Virus record (IMG/VR): IMGVR_UViG_3300010348_000599
DNA from: a virus
DNA length: 64,000 nucleotides
Strand: one strand, 5' to 3'
In this document: positions 1 to 9,487 of the stretch, piece by piece
Layout of the letters: the number at the start of each line of letters is the position of its first letter
Position numbering within the stretch: the first letter of the stretch is position 1
Notes under the pieces: generated by a model
Databases searched by the model: none
The model's input: the letters and a program-made list of their open reading frames with translations, nothing else
What the model was told of the DNA's origin: nothing
Translations under genes and position numbers: made by a program

Positions 1-505
1 CACTCTCGTATATTGGTTTTGGTACTGCACCCGGTGCAGATGGAACCCCTACTATATCAACAGTCAAAATCATGCAATTACTTACATTACCATCATTATC
101 AACAGAACCAGTACCACGTGTGCTAAATCCCAATTTGGCACCACTTTCAACTAGTGCTTTTGCAATAGAGCCACAAGGAGTTTTACTAATAATTTTTGCT
201 TTACCGTACCCATCATTACCAATCATTTTCAAAGATGTAATCATATGCGAGACACGATCTAAATTCACAATAACAGATTGAGGATGATCTAATTCACCCA
301 TTAAGTTGTTATTGCTAATTTGTTCTTGTAAATTAACAACATTATTTGATAATTCATCTAAACGATAAGTACGTTTATTACGATTTTTGATACCTGCTTG
401 CATCATGATGCCATCAAGGTATAAATTTTTCTGGTCATCATAACTTTCAATCATATTGAAAGATGGACCGATTAATGCTTCATTTAATAATAAAAGATCA
501 GACAT
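1..505 (-). CDS. gp21: Prohead core protease, T4 gp21-like (3' end runs off the window)
   Basis: Not in the ORF track. Manual minus-strand translation from ATG at 505: MSDLLLLNEA...GIMMQAGIKNRNKRTY...GELDHP...LGFSTRGTGS...DIVGVPSAPGA, the characteristic gp21/peptidase S77 motifs. TAAATA at 526-531. Confidence 0.93.
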   Translation of the reverse strand, partial: MSDLLLLNEALIGPSFNMIESYDDQKNLYLDGIMMQAGIKNRNKRTYRLDELSNNVVNLQEQISNNNLMGELDHPQSVIVNLDRVSHMITSLKMIGNDGYGKAKIISKTPCGSIAKALVESGAKLGFSTRGTGSVDNDGNVSNCMILTVDIVGVPSAPGAVPKPIYES

Positions 506-546
506 TTTTTTCTCGTGTTTTTAGGTATTTAACGATATTGACCATA

Positions 547-1278
547 TTACTCAAACAATGACTGTATCATACCAAAATTAACATATGTTAATTTTACAGT
601 TATATTAGCTTCTGTAACATCCAAGTTTGTTGTGGTTGTATAAATGCTAGAAAGTGGACTATCTATTTCACTGAATATCATAACAGATGGTCCAATATTA
701 TAAACAGTGTTTATATTTGTAATCTCAAAATCAAACATTAATGCATCACCAGGATCAGGTGCCACACCAAAAGCTCTTGTTAAATCATTAGATCTACCAT
801 TTGCAGTTGCGTATATACGTACCCTACAAGGAACATCTGCTTCAATTTGCATTAATTGAAAATTGGTTGTTATGCTATTATCGTTCATATAATAATCATT
901 TGGTAAGACAGAATAAGCAGTATAAATATAATTAGTCCTTGCTAACATATTAATAAAAGAGGTATCTGTAAAATACAAATTAGTAGTACCCTCTGGTACA
1001 TCATCAGTTGTTATTGTGTTAGAAATAGCTGAAACAGCTTGATATGATAAAGTATAGTCATCGGTTTCACCATCATAAAATACTACTGGTATAATTTCTA
1101 TAAAATCACCATACATATACACATATCGTTGTTTTGTATCTTCAACAAACACCATCATACCTTCATATCGTACTTCATCTACTATATCAATCATAGACTG
1201 ATAATCAGGAACTACCATTCTACTATCAATTGGGGCAGATGTTAAAACATCAAACTTATCTGCGATTTTAATTGCCAT
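547..1278 (-). CDS. Putative virion structural protein
   Basis: 243-aa ORF between portal and protease genes. TDDVPEGTTNLYFTD and PIDSR motifs are typical of phage fibre/structural proteins. Confidence 0.55.
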   Translation of the reverse strand: MAIKIADKFDVLTSAPIDSRMVVPDYQSMIDIVDEVRYEGMMVFVEDTKQRYVYMYGDFIEIIPVVFYDGETDDYTLSYQAVSAISNTITTDDVPEGTTNLYFTDTSFINMLARTNYIYTAYSVLPNDYYMNDNSITTNFQLMQIEADVPCRVRIYATANGRSNDLTRAFGVAPDPGDALMFDFEITNINTVYNIGPSVMIFSEIDSPLSSIYTTTTNLDVTEANITVKLTYVNFGMIQSLFE

Positions 1279-1284
1279 TATATA

Positions 1285-2037
1285 TTACCTCTTAAACGTA
1301 TATTGATAATTTCCTGCTGCCACAGGATTGTTAAAAGTATAAACCTTATATGATTGAGTACTGCCATCTAGGCAATCAAGAATCTTAGTGGTTTTTGTCC
1401 ACGACGAAATTGTTTCAAAACTATTGACATCAAGAATAGATGTAAGATCAGATATACTAGCCGGATATGCAATATAAAAAACATCACCAGCATTAGCTGT
1501 GAAGGTTTTTGTATAATTAGTTTGAGCTGTTTGGATGATTTTTTCCAATAATATAATATCAGCTTCTAATAATCCCGATACATCAGCTCCTACGTAATAA
1601 GGATATACAAAAGTATATGTGATTGATGATGATGTACCTATTGTTTGATCACCACCACTTAATACATCATCTACTTGGGCACTAAAAGAAATAGTATCAC
1701 TAAAAGCATTATTATATACAAATGTTGATTGACCACCAGTTGGTATTGCACCTCCAGAATTCTGTGTGCTCAATAAGGTTGCGCCCTGATAAAATCGTAC
1801 CTCACCAATAATGTTAGATTTTTTCACAATATTAGCTGTTAGGGTTATAGAAGAAACCACATCACCTTTTTCTCTAATTATGTTTGTTGAACCAACCAAA
1901 GAAATTGTCGGAGCCAAATATGTAATACGAATAATCTTATCTAAGGTATCTTTTACACCAGCAGATGTAAATTGCTGACCCGTCAACAGGCTTATTCCAT
2001 CATATAAAGATGAATTAAGTAATGTTGTTATATTCAT
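1285..2037 (-). CDS. Putative virion structural protein (beta-rich, Ig-like)
   Basis: 250-aa Thr/Ser-rich ORF in the head cluster, with FVYPYYVG and YIAYP motifs; TAAATA upstream at 2126-2131. Confidence 0.5.
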   Translation of the reverse strand: MNITTLLNSSLYDGISLLTGQQFTSAGVKDTLDKIIRITYLAPTISLVGSTNIIREKGDVVSSITLTANIVKKSNIIGEVRFYQGATLLSTQNSGGAIPTGGQSTFVYNNAFSDTISFSAQVDDVLSGGDQTIGTSSSITYTFVYPYYVGADVSGLLEADIILLEKIIQTAQTNYTKTFTANAGDVFYIAYPASISDLTSILDVNSFETISSWTKTTKILDCLDGSTQSYKVYTFNNPVAAGNYQYTFKR

Positions 2038-2157
2038 GTATATTTTCCTTCAAAATTCATAATGGAATTAAAACATGCATTAATAATATTTTTATATATG
2101 CAATGTTGACAATACCATTTTTAGGTATTTATCAACATTGGAGTGAGTTAAAAATAA

Positions 2158-3888
2158 TTACGTTTCAGCACCAGAACTTCCGAGCTGGTCACCAGAACCT
2201 GCATTTAGTGTTCCTTTATCATTACTGTTTAGTACATTATCTTGTTCATCAGTGTCACCCATATCAAGTTCATTTCCGCCAAAACTACTATCCAAATCTC
2301 TAAATGAACCACCACCAATATCTCCATCTTCTTGAGCGGTATCATCATAAATTTTTCTAAACGCTGTTGGATCATTTGATTTGAGACCTAATTCTTGACG
2401 TTTCCATTGCTCATTCATTGCTATTTCAGCTTCATTCCAATTGAGATATTTTTTCATAGCATAACGCTTGCTTATACTACGAATGCCATCAGCAGTTGAT
2501 ATTGCATTTAATAATTCGACATTCAATTCCAATTCGCGATATGTTGCAAAATTTGTGGGGCTTGGTAATTTAATGGAAAAATATGATGGATCAATATTTA
2601 ATCCTATTTCGGCCACAAATTTTTTAAATTCCGTGTCATAAACCTTTTCTTGATCTGCTTGTAAGCGCTCAATATATTGACTAAATCTCATTTCTTCAAT
2701 ATAGGCTAATCCAATTTTACCATCATTAAAAATCGCAGGATTTTCAGCTTTGGTTTTAATGTATGATAAAGGAACTCTCATTCCACGAAAAACCTTATCT
2801 TCAAAATATTCCAGATCCTGTAATTCACCTAGATTCATGCCACCTTGTAAAATCTCAACAGAAGAACCTTTACCATCTTCGCCAACGGGAAAATAAAAAT
2901 TCTCCATCATAGAAGATGGATTATATGTAGATTCTATTCCACCAGATGCGTTAGGTGAAGGAATCATTTTTTGATTCATATCATTTTTAACTTTATCTAA
3001 AAATCTATGAACATTATGAGGTTGAATACCTCTCGTGTCAATTTTAAACAACATCCGTTCTGGTGCACGCGCTAATCTATAAATTAAAATTGCATCTTCT
3101 AATAATTGCTTTTGTCTAAATGTTCTATAAACTGATTGTAATACTGATTCACCAAACGGTGCAGTATCAGCTAATTCTGTGTTAATTGAGAATCTTACTA
3201 TTTCGTCTGCATTAACAAGTTCATAATCAGCATCATTTTGTTCAGTTCCAACAATTTGATAATTTCCAATTGTTTCAGAACCATGAGCTTGTAATAAATT
3301 TTTATGGATTTGCCACCCTAAAATATCTGTTACATCATCTTTGTTTACTACTGCACCAATAATTTGTTTTGGGCTAAGTGGAATCCATTTTTCCACATTG
3401 TTTTTCTTTTTATAGAAGGTATCACCATATTTTATAGTTTTTCTATTAGTTGGGAAAATTCTTGTAGAAAAGCTCTGTATCTCACACCAGCGTTTTAGAG
3501 CTGCTGTTAATGCAACAACATAATGAGAGTTTTTAGGCATTTGACTGTCATTTGACATATCTAATACAAAAGGTAATTCATTTTTTCCAATATTGCCACA
3601 CATTTCTTCAGCAATGATATCTAAGGCACGCGTAATGTCACAATCACCATCCATCAAATCGTATTCTTTATATCGATTTAATCTTGCAGCAGAACCGTAT
3701 GTTACAAATTGATACCAGCTACTATTTGAGTATAATGAAGAACCATCAATTGATTGGCTGTCTGTTTGTAGCTGTGTTTGGGTGAGTGGTTGAACTACTT
3801 TAAAATATCCTGACCATTTTGGTCGATTGATATCATTACTGTCCAACTGTTCTGGAACATCCTCTAACAATAATTTGTTCTTTTCCAT
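2158..3888 (-). CDS. gp20: Portal protein, T4 gp20-like
   Basis: QLLEDAILIYRLARAPER, GSSVEILQGGMNLGELQDLEYF and EEMRFSQYIERLQ motifs; acidic C-terminal tail. Confidence 0.95.
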   Translation of the reverse strand: MEKNKLLLEDVPEQLDSNDINRPKWSGYFKVVQPLTQTQLQTDSQSIDGSSLYSNSSWYQFVTYGSAARLNRYKEYDLMDGDCDITRALDIIAEEMCGNIGKNELPFVLDMSNDSQMPKNSHYVVALTAALKRWCEIQSFSTRIFPTNRKTIKYGDTFYKKKNNVEKWIPLSPKQIIGAVVNKDDVTDILGWQIHKNLLQAHGSETIGNYQIVGTEQNDADYELVNADEIVRFSINTELADTAPFGESVLQSVYRTFRQKQLLEDAILIYRLARAPERMLFKIDTRGIQPHNVHRFLDKVKNDMNQKMIPSPNASGGIESTYNPSSMMENFYFPVGEDGKGSSVEILQGGMNLGELQDLEYFEDKVFRGMRVPLSYIKTKAENPAIFNDGKIGLAYIEEMRFSQYIERLQADQEKVYDTEFKKFVAEIGLNIDPSYFSIKLPSPTNFATYRELELNVELLNAISTADGIRSISKRYAMKKYLNWNEAEIAMNEQWKRQELGLKSNDPTAFRKIYDDTAQEDGDIGGGSFRDLDSSFGGNELDMGDTDEQDNVLNSNDKGTLNAGSGDQLGSSGAET

Positions 3889-3918
3889 AATTAAAATATC
3901 CTTGTATCTATAGTATAC

Positions 3919-6822
3919 TTATTTTTTATTTGAATTGCCACGAGCTGGAGTTACAGGTGTTTTCGGAATTGGAAATCCTTTTTCTGTCATCATTTTTCGT
4001 AAGGCATCTCTTGCTTCTCGTTTATCAACATCTGTTATTTTTTCTTGTTTTTCAATTGCTATTAACATTGCAGTCATTTTTTCAGCGACTGTTTTTTGAT
4101 ACTCCAACATTTGTTCGTTGTAATATGGTATCATTTCTTTTGTTTTGTCATTAGCGATTTCTGTTTTAGCGTTAGATATTGATTTTGCACTGGAATCAAT
4201 AAATTCTTGCGCATAGTTAGTAAATTGTCGAGCTAATAATTTTGACACTGGTGCATCTTTTATCGAGAACAAATCTAATTTTGATGGATTCTGCAGTAAA
4301 TTGTCAACATTATACAAATCATAACCATAATCAAAAGTGCTAGTTCTTTTGAACGCTAAATTTTCTCTTTGCGATACTATTACTTTACCAGCAAATACCT
4401 TGAGTGTGTCCACAGTTGGATCTACTGTGTTTACTCCGATGTTATATAATGCTAACGCTTTTGTGGTTGTTTGATCGAAGACTTTCACACTTTTATCGAA
4501 AGATTGGGCGAAGTGTGATAACGATTCATTTTCACTTTTATTATTAGCTTGGGCAGGATTATTTGTATATTTTCTAGCATCTTTGGTAATGAATGGATAC
4601 AAACTCTCAAATAATGACGACAGCGCCGGTGACATTTTGGAAAATTCAGATACCAGTATATTTTGAGCATTAGCGCCTTTTGTTGGACTATAAACATTTA
4701 TCATTGCTGACTGTTGTTTTTCTATAATAGATCTAAACTTTGGATCCTTTATAAACTCTGTTGTTAACTTTTGTTGTTCAAGTCCTTTAGCACCAGCTAA
4801 TAAACCAAATTTTTTAGCAATACTATCATCAGCGCCAAGTATTTTTGCATAATGCTGGGCGTATACCTGATTTGTAACTTGATCCACAAAATCCCCTTTG
4901 GCGTTTGATAAAATTGATTTATTCAATGCTTTTGTCGCTTCTGTATTTGCACCTAATGTTCTACCCAGTAATAGAAAATTATCTGTAAGATTCATAAATT
5001 CATCTGCACCAACTTGATTTATTTGGGCAGTTGCATATAAACCATCAGCAATCTCACCATAATAATCTATCAATTCTTTAGGTAGCATTCCTGTTTTGTA
5101 TGATACGTCCATTATTCCATCTGATTCCGTTAAAGCTTTTTTAATAGCATCAGCAGTTGGTAAAATACCCATTTTCGCTAAACTATCTGTTAAAGCTGAG
5201 TATGTTTCAGCTTGATAATCAGAATCACCACCTATTAATTGAGAAAAAGATAATTGTTTCCCACCATAATTAAGCATTTCAACTTGGGGTAAATTTGATA
5301 TTCCTTTAATATAGTCAGTTGGAATGTTCATAAATTTTCTGAATTGTTCAACACCCAACCGTTCTCCACCTATTGCTGTATTTGTATTTCTATTTTTATA
5401 TTTCCATTCAGCTATACTTGTATTAGATAAACCTGTTCCTATACTATCTTGAAAATTAGATAACATGCTTCGCATGTTAACACCATATTTTTGTACAGCT
5501 TTTTGATCTTCGACTATTTCTTTAATCAATCCCACGGAGAGATCAGCCGTAAACTTAATAGTTTTTAAAGCAGAGGTTATCCCTGCTATCGCTGGGACTC
5601 TTTCAATCATTTTCTTACCAAAATCTCCAAACGCATCATTTAAACTACTCTTATCACCTTCTTTGTTTTTTCCTGTTTCTAGTGTACGTTTTAAATCTTC
5701 TAAGAAAGTTCGAAAGTCATCTCTAAAAGATGGCTTATTTTTTGTCATACGTGAGAGTACTGAACTAGATTCTTCACGTAAAGCGGTAGCGGTTTTTGTT
5801 ACCTCATCAATAAATTCCTCCATACGCTCTGGTGTTTTTTGTACTACTTTATCCCACCTATCCAAGTTCATTTGCAATTTTTCACGCTGAGCTTGTAGAA
5901 TGTTTGACATAGCTATATCTTCTTCGGCAAATATATCACCTCTTGTTTCAGCAAGATGGTTTATTTGCTCCATATTTTTACCAATTTCTTTCAACATCAC
6001 ATCAAGAGCAGATACTTCTTTTCGTTTATTGCCGATGTTTTGATTTGAATCTTCAACAGCTTGGTTGAAATCTTGAACATGGAGGGCCGTTTTGCCCATT
6101 GCAATAATAAAATCATCCAATGATCTAGACATATTTGTTGATGGTGATAATCCTCTAATTGTGTCTCTCAATGCCCTCACAGCTAGCGCACGATCTGGAT
6201 CTTGCTTACTCATAGTTTCTCTCGTGTGAGTAAGTGTTTCTTTTATTTCTTTTTCTATTGCTGGTAATAAAGCTTTCAATTCACGTAATCTTAATGAAGC
6301 ACGTTTTCTTGCATCTATTTCGGCTTGACCCTTTCCTTTATTTTTTTTAATATCTTCCTGTAATTTTTTGGATTCTTCCTGTATTGATGATAATCGTCTA
6401 AATGCGTTAGATGATTTAGAAGCGAATTTGTCCATTTCTTGATAAAAACCATAAATCGTTTTTGAACTGTCTCCCACAGATTTAGCTAATGATTCGGATG
6501 CATATTTCATGCTATTATTATATGTACCTTGTTCTTTGATGATTTTAATATACATATCATTAACACTACGTATCACTTTTAATTCATGTGCACGTAATTT
6601 TAATTCTTGTTGAAGAATTTTAGTTAAGTCACGTTCACGTTTAACTCTATCATAGATAAATTTATCTTCGTGCAACACATTATTTTTGTTTTTTGTATTA
6701 CTGCCACTTCCACTATTTTGACGTTGCATTTCTTTATTATATTCAGACACAATAGATGGCATGCTACTTATAAATTTACTCACAATTGAATTGGAAAGAT
6801 TTGTTATGTCTGTTGGAGTCAT
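3919..6822 (-). CDS. Large helical/coiled-coil protein, probable tape measure protein
   Basis: 967 aa, helical composition, late TAAATA at 6848-6853; divergent neighbour of the gp26/gp51-like pair once the IS is removed. Confidence 0.55.
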   Translation of the reverse strand: MTPTDITNLSNSIVSKFISSMPSIVSEYNKEMQRQNSGSGSNTKNKNNVLHEDKFIYDRVKRERDLTKILQQELKLRAHELKVIRSVNDMYIKIIKEQGTYNNSMKYASESLAKSVGDSSKTIYGFYQEMDKFASKSSNAFRRLSSIQEESKKLQEDIKKNKGKGQAEIDARKRASLRLRELKALLPAIEKEIKETLTHTRETMSKQDPDRALAVRALRDTIRGLSPSTNMSRSLDDFIIAMGKTALHVQDFNQAVEDSNQNIGNKRKEVSALDVMLKEIGKNMEQINHLAETRGDIFAEEDIAMSNILQAQREKLQMNLDRWDKVVQKTPERMEEFIDEVTKTATALREESSSVLSRMTKNKPSFRDDFRTFLEDLKRTLETGKNKEGDKSSLNDAFGDFGKKMIERVPAIAGITSALKTIKFTADLSVGLIKEIVEDQKAVQKYGVNMRSMLSNFQDSIGTGLSNTSIAEWKYKNRNTNTAIGGERLGVEQFRKFMNIPTDYIKGISNLPQVEMLNYGGKQLSFSQLIGGDSDYQAETYSALTDSLAKMGILPTADAIKKALTESDGIMDVSYKTGMLPKELIDYYGEIADGLYATAQINQVGADEFMNLTDNFLLLGRTLGANTEATKALNKSILSNAKGDFVDQVTNQVYAQHYAKILGADDSIAKKFGLLAGAKGLEQQKLTTEFIKDPKFRSIIEKQQSAMINVYSPTKGANAQNILVSEFSKMSPALSSLFESLYPFITKDARKYTNNPAQANNKSENESLSHFAQSFDKSVKVFDQTTTKALALYNIGVNTVDPTVDTLKVFAGKVIVSQRENLAFKRTSTFDYGYDLYNVDNLLQNPSKLDLFSIKDAPVSKLLARQFTNYAQEFIDSSAKSISNAKTEIANDKTKEMIPYYNEQMLEYQKTVAEKMTAMLIAIEKQEKITDVDKREARDALRKMMTEKGFPIPKTPVTPARGNSNKK

Positions 6823-6840
6823 TGTATGATTTTAGTTTGT

Positions 6841-6962
6841 ATGTATCTATTTAATGTTTGGTGAACTTACCCACACCTGAAGGTGTGGGCTTCTCAACGA
6901 TGGTTGCAGCTTAAGCTGCAACCAATTTTTGGTGTTGAGCAATCCCCGCCATTCCAGCGGTT
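6841..6962 (-). ncRNA. TnpB omegaRNA (reRNA): scaffold 6962-6861 plus about 20-nt guide CAAACAUUAAAUAGAUACAU
   Basis: Overlaps the tnpB 3' end, multi-hairpin, ends at the right-end TCAC; 85/102 nt identical (counted by eye) to 11291-11392. True 5' end unknown. Confidence 0.8.
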
Positions 6963-8014
6963 CTGATATTGATTGCCGCATTTAGATCTCTACTCATTTC
7001 TAAATTACAACAATCGCATTTATATATGCGTTCCGACAAAAGTATTTTTGATTTGACATTTCCGCAATTGCTACATTTCTTCGTAGATGGAAAATATCTA
7101 TCAATTACAAAACATTTTTTGCCATATAACTCGCATTTATATTGAATCATTTTTCGAAATTCATAAAAATATGAATCTTTCTTCAAGTGACCAATAAAAT
7201 CCTTAACGGAAAGATCTTCTAAGCATACGAAATCATAGTCTTTTACAATTTGCAAACTAAGTTTATGATAAAAATCTTTACGTTGATTTCTAATGTGTAA
7301 GTGAATTTTACTCAACTTCTTTTTATATAAATTGAATCTAGAACTATTCTTACATGCTCGACTCATCTTTCTTGAATACCTAACTATTTGATTTTGGCTT
7401 TCTTTCAAAAATTTAGGTATTGAAATTTCGTTTGTATCTGATAATACAAAAGTTTTACTATTTAAGTCAATTCCAATTGACTTGTTTATATCCAATTTTG
7501 TATTTGCTATTACTTCTTTGGTGCAATGAAAAATAATAAAATATTTAAAATTTTCATACTTAATAGTGCAAGATTTGAAATTGGTAGGAAAAGACCTATG
7601 AAATTTACACTTTAAATTACCCAATTTAGGTAATTTGATTGTTGAATAATCCATATCCAAATGTTTATCATTAATCATTAGAATATTAATGGATTTAACT
7701 GGTTGTCTTTTGCTTTTAAATTTCGGAAAACCTTTTTCTTTTTTGAATGATGCTTTCATTGCTTTTTCAAGATTTTTTAAAGTTTGTTGGAGAGATGTAG
7801 ATGGTGAATCATTTAACCATATCAACTCTTTTTTCAGCTTTGTTAAATCTGTACAATTTTGGTAGAAAAAATTAAATTTATTGGTTGATTTATGCGTTTC
7901 AATTTCTTTATTCAAAAAGTAATTCCAAACAAATCTTGATTGACCAAAAATATTAGCCAATTGATTTTGTTGAGATTTATTTGGATAGCATTCAAATTTG
8001 AAATTAAGATTCAA
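6911..8014 (-). CDS. tnpB: RNA-guided endonuclease TnpB
   Basis: N-terminal FGQSRFVWN, GFPKFKSK, RuvC-I GIDL, RuvC-II LEDL, zinc ribbon CSNC...CDCC, RuvC-III RDLNAA; TTG start. Confidence 0.95.
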   Translation of the reverse strand: MNLNFKFECYPNKSQQNQLANIFGQSRFVWNYFLNKEIETHKSTNKFNFFYQNCTDLTKLKKELIWLNDSPSTSLQQTLKNLEKAMKASFKKEKGFPKFKSKRQPVKSINILMINDKHLDMDYSTIKLPKLGNLKCKFHRSFPTNFKSCTIKYENFKYFIIFHCTKEVIANTKLDINKSIGIDLNSKTFVLSDTNEISIPKFLKESQNQIVRYSRKMSRACKNSSRFNLYKKKLSKIHLHIRNQRKDFYHKLSLQIVKDYDFVCLEDLSVKDFIGHLKKDSYFYEFRKMIQYKCELYGKKCFVIDRYFPSTKKCSNCGNVKSKILLSERIYKCDCCNLEMSRDLNAAINIRTAGMAGIAQHQKLVAA

Positions 8015-8042
8015 TTGAAACCAATAAAGAAAAATTGTTACT

Positions 8043-8050
8043 TATTTATA
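8043..8050 (-). promoter_or_regulatory. T4-type late promoter TATAAATA upstream of tnpB, inside the element's left end
   Basis: Exact TATAAATA about 30 nt upstream of the tnpB start; TAAATA retained at the homologous position of the second element (11239-11244). Confidence 0.55.
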
Positions 8051-8182
8051 TCTAATAATTTTATAGGTAAGTGAATATTTTATCACTGCCCTAAAGAACA
8101 GGGCTTTCATATTCATCTTTCTTGGTAAAATAATAGTTGACCATTAATTTTTAATACACTAAATCATAACAAATAAGACTGT

Positions 8183-8983
8183 ATGTGTATGTCATTATTA
8201 GCAAAACTCGAACGAATTCCTGGTGAAATTTGTAGATTACCATCTCATGGGATGGGTTACGACCTTGATATGTTTGATGATACTGTAACAAATGGGGATG
8301 TTATGGTTTATCCTGTATCGAGTTATGATGAGATTATCCTTAAAACCCCTGAAAAGTTATTATCAGGAACCGCAATTTTCGAAGTTTTTAGTCGTCGTAT
8401 TCCATCAATTAAACATCCTGAAAAATTATTTCATAAAGATATTGATTTTTTGATGGCAGTGTTGAGAAAAGTTTCGTACGGGGATGAATTACAAATTTCA
8501 TATAACCATGAATGTAAAGAAAATTCCAAAGAACATAACTATATTGTTAATGTTAATAATTTTTTAAGTCAAACTAAAAGAATTGACCCAACCAGTATTC
8601 AAAATACGTTTACCTTAGAAAATGGACAAGTAGTAAAATTAGGCTCAATGTTGTTTGCTGATATGTTGGAATTAACGCAACTTAGATTAAAAATGATGAA
8701 TCAAGAAATTAGTAACACTGATGGACTCATTCTTCAATATGAACAAACAGCATGTGATGCATTATCACGTTCTATTATTAGTGTAGATGGTGTTGAGGAT
8801 AAAGATCAAATCAAAGAATGGTTGTTTAATATTCCTGTCAGTTTTAGAGAGATTTTAAACAGTCAGATTGAAAGTTTTAATTCTTCTTGGGGAATGGATA
8901 CAGAACAATTTGTAACTTGTAAAGATTGTGGTGAAAAAATATCACTTAAACCCGTAGTGAATCCTGTAAGTTTTTTTATGTAA
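8183..8983 (+). CDS. gp26: T4 gp26-like baseplate hub / tail assembly chaperone
   Basis: LPSHG N-terminus, DEIILKTPEKLLSG, DIDFLM..LRKVSYG, C-terminal CxxC and NPVSFF ending typical of this family. Confidence 0.75.
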   Translation: MCMSLLAKLERIPGEICRLPSHGMGYDLDMFDDTVTNGDVMVYPVSSYDEIILKTPEKLLSGTAIFEVFSRRIPSIKHPEKLFHKDIDFLMAVLRKVSYGDELQISYNHECKENSKEHNYIVNVNNFLSQTKRIDPTSIQNTFTLENGQVVKLGSMLFADMLELTQLRLKMMNQEISNTDGLILQYEQTACDALSRSIISVDGVEDKDQIKEWLFNIPVSFREILNSQIESFNSSWGMDTEQFVTCKDCGEKISLKPVVNPVSFFM

Positions 8984-9007
8984 CCCTGAGATATGGTACA
9001 TCTCAGG
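8971..9007 (+). promoter_or_regulatory. Putative programmed -1 ribosomal frameshift signal
   Basis: T TTT TTT heptamer (8971-8977), 7-nt spacer, 8-bp hairpin CCTGAGAT/ATCTCAGG (8985-9007); the -1 frame is open into ORF 9019-9216. Confidence 0.65.
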
Positions 9008-9018
9008 ACAAACAAAAA

Positions 9019-9216
9019 ATGATAACAGATTTGCATATCAGTATTCGTGAAATAATTAAAGAATGTCAACGTATAGCATGGTATAGTAGGGGTTCAATAC
9101 AATACGACTCTGCATATGATTTAACCCCATTTGAACGTCAAAATTTTATGCTAATGATTGAAGAAATTGTCAAAGATCAATGTAAGGGTGATGTATCAAG
9201 GATGATAATTTTTTAA
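9019..9216 (+). CDS. T4 gp51-like baseplate hub assembly protein (possibly the C-terminal part of a frameshift fusion)
   Basis: WYSRGSIQYDSAYDLTPFER motif; directly follows the gp26-like gene in the -1 frame. Confidence 0.65.
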   Translation: MITDLHISIREIIKECQRIAWYSRGSIQYDSAYDLTPFERQNFMLMIEEIVKDQCKGDVSRMIIF

Positions 9217-9234
9217 TTATTATCCTTGATAGTG

Positions 9235-9438
9235 TCAAGCCCAACACCCTGCATATTTTCGAATTAATTCAACAGCATCTTTAATTCTCTCAATATCTTC
9301 ACGCCATAGTTGAGCTTTAATTTCATTGCCATCTTCTTCATATTGTTGAGCGATTATTTCTTTTTCATCAGCTTTTGATTCCATTACGTGGGCGGTATTG
9401 AGTACCATTTCATTGATGATAGTATATTTGTCTTTCAT
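9235..9438 (-). CDS. Hypothetical protein
   Basis: 67-aa ORF with GAGGT Shine-Dalgarno upstream. Confidence 0.6.
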   Translation of the reverse strand: MKDKYTIINEMVLNTAHVMESKADEKEIIAQQYEEDGNEIKAQLWREDIERIKDAVELIRKYAGCWA

Positions 9439-9487
9439 AGTAACACCTCATCATTAATGTTGATAACTTGTTCGATTTGTGCGTTTT

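Larger units (their letters stand above)
6861..8124 (-). mobile_element. IS200/IS605-family (IS1341-like, tnpB only) element
   Basis: Minus-strand left end TTAC|CAAGAAAGATGAATATG-AAAG-CCCTGTTCTTTAGGG and right end GAAG-CCCACACCTTCAGGTGTGGG-TAAGT-TCAC|, matching the IS608-type guide/cleavage tetranucleotide layout. No tnpA inside. Confidence 0.88.

Noticed and set aside
72..281. 69-aa plus-strand ORF
   Set aside because: Antisense shadow of the gp21 protease gene.
6911..8014. Nuclease-dead TnpB (TldR-like repressor) or Cas12f
   Set aside because: All three RuvC acidic residues are present, the IS ends are intact and there is no CRISPR array.
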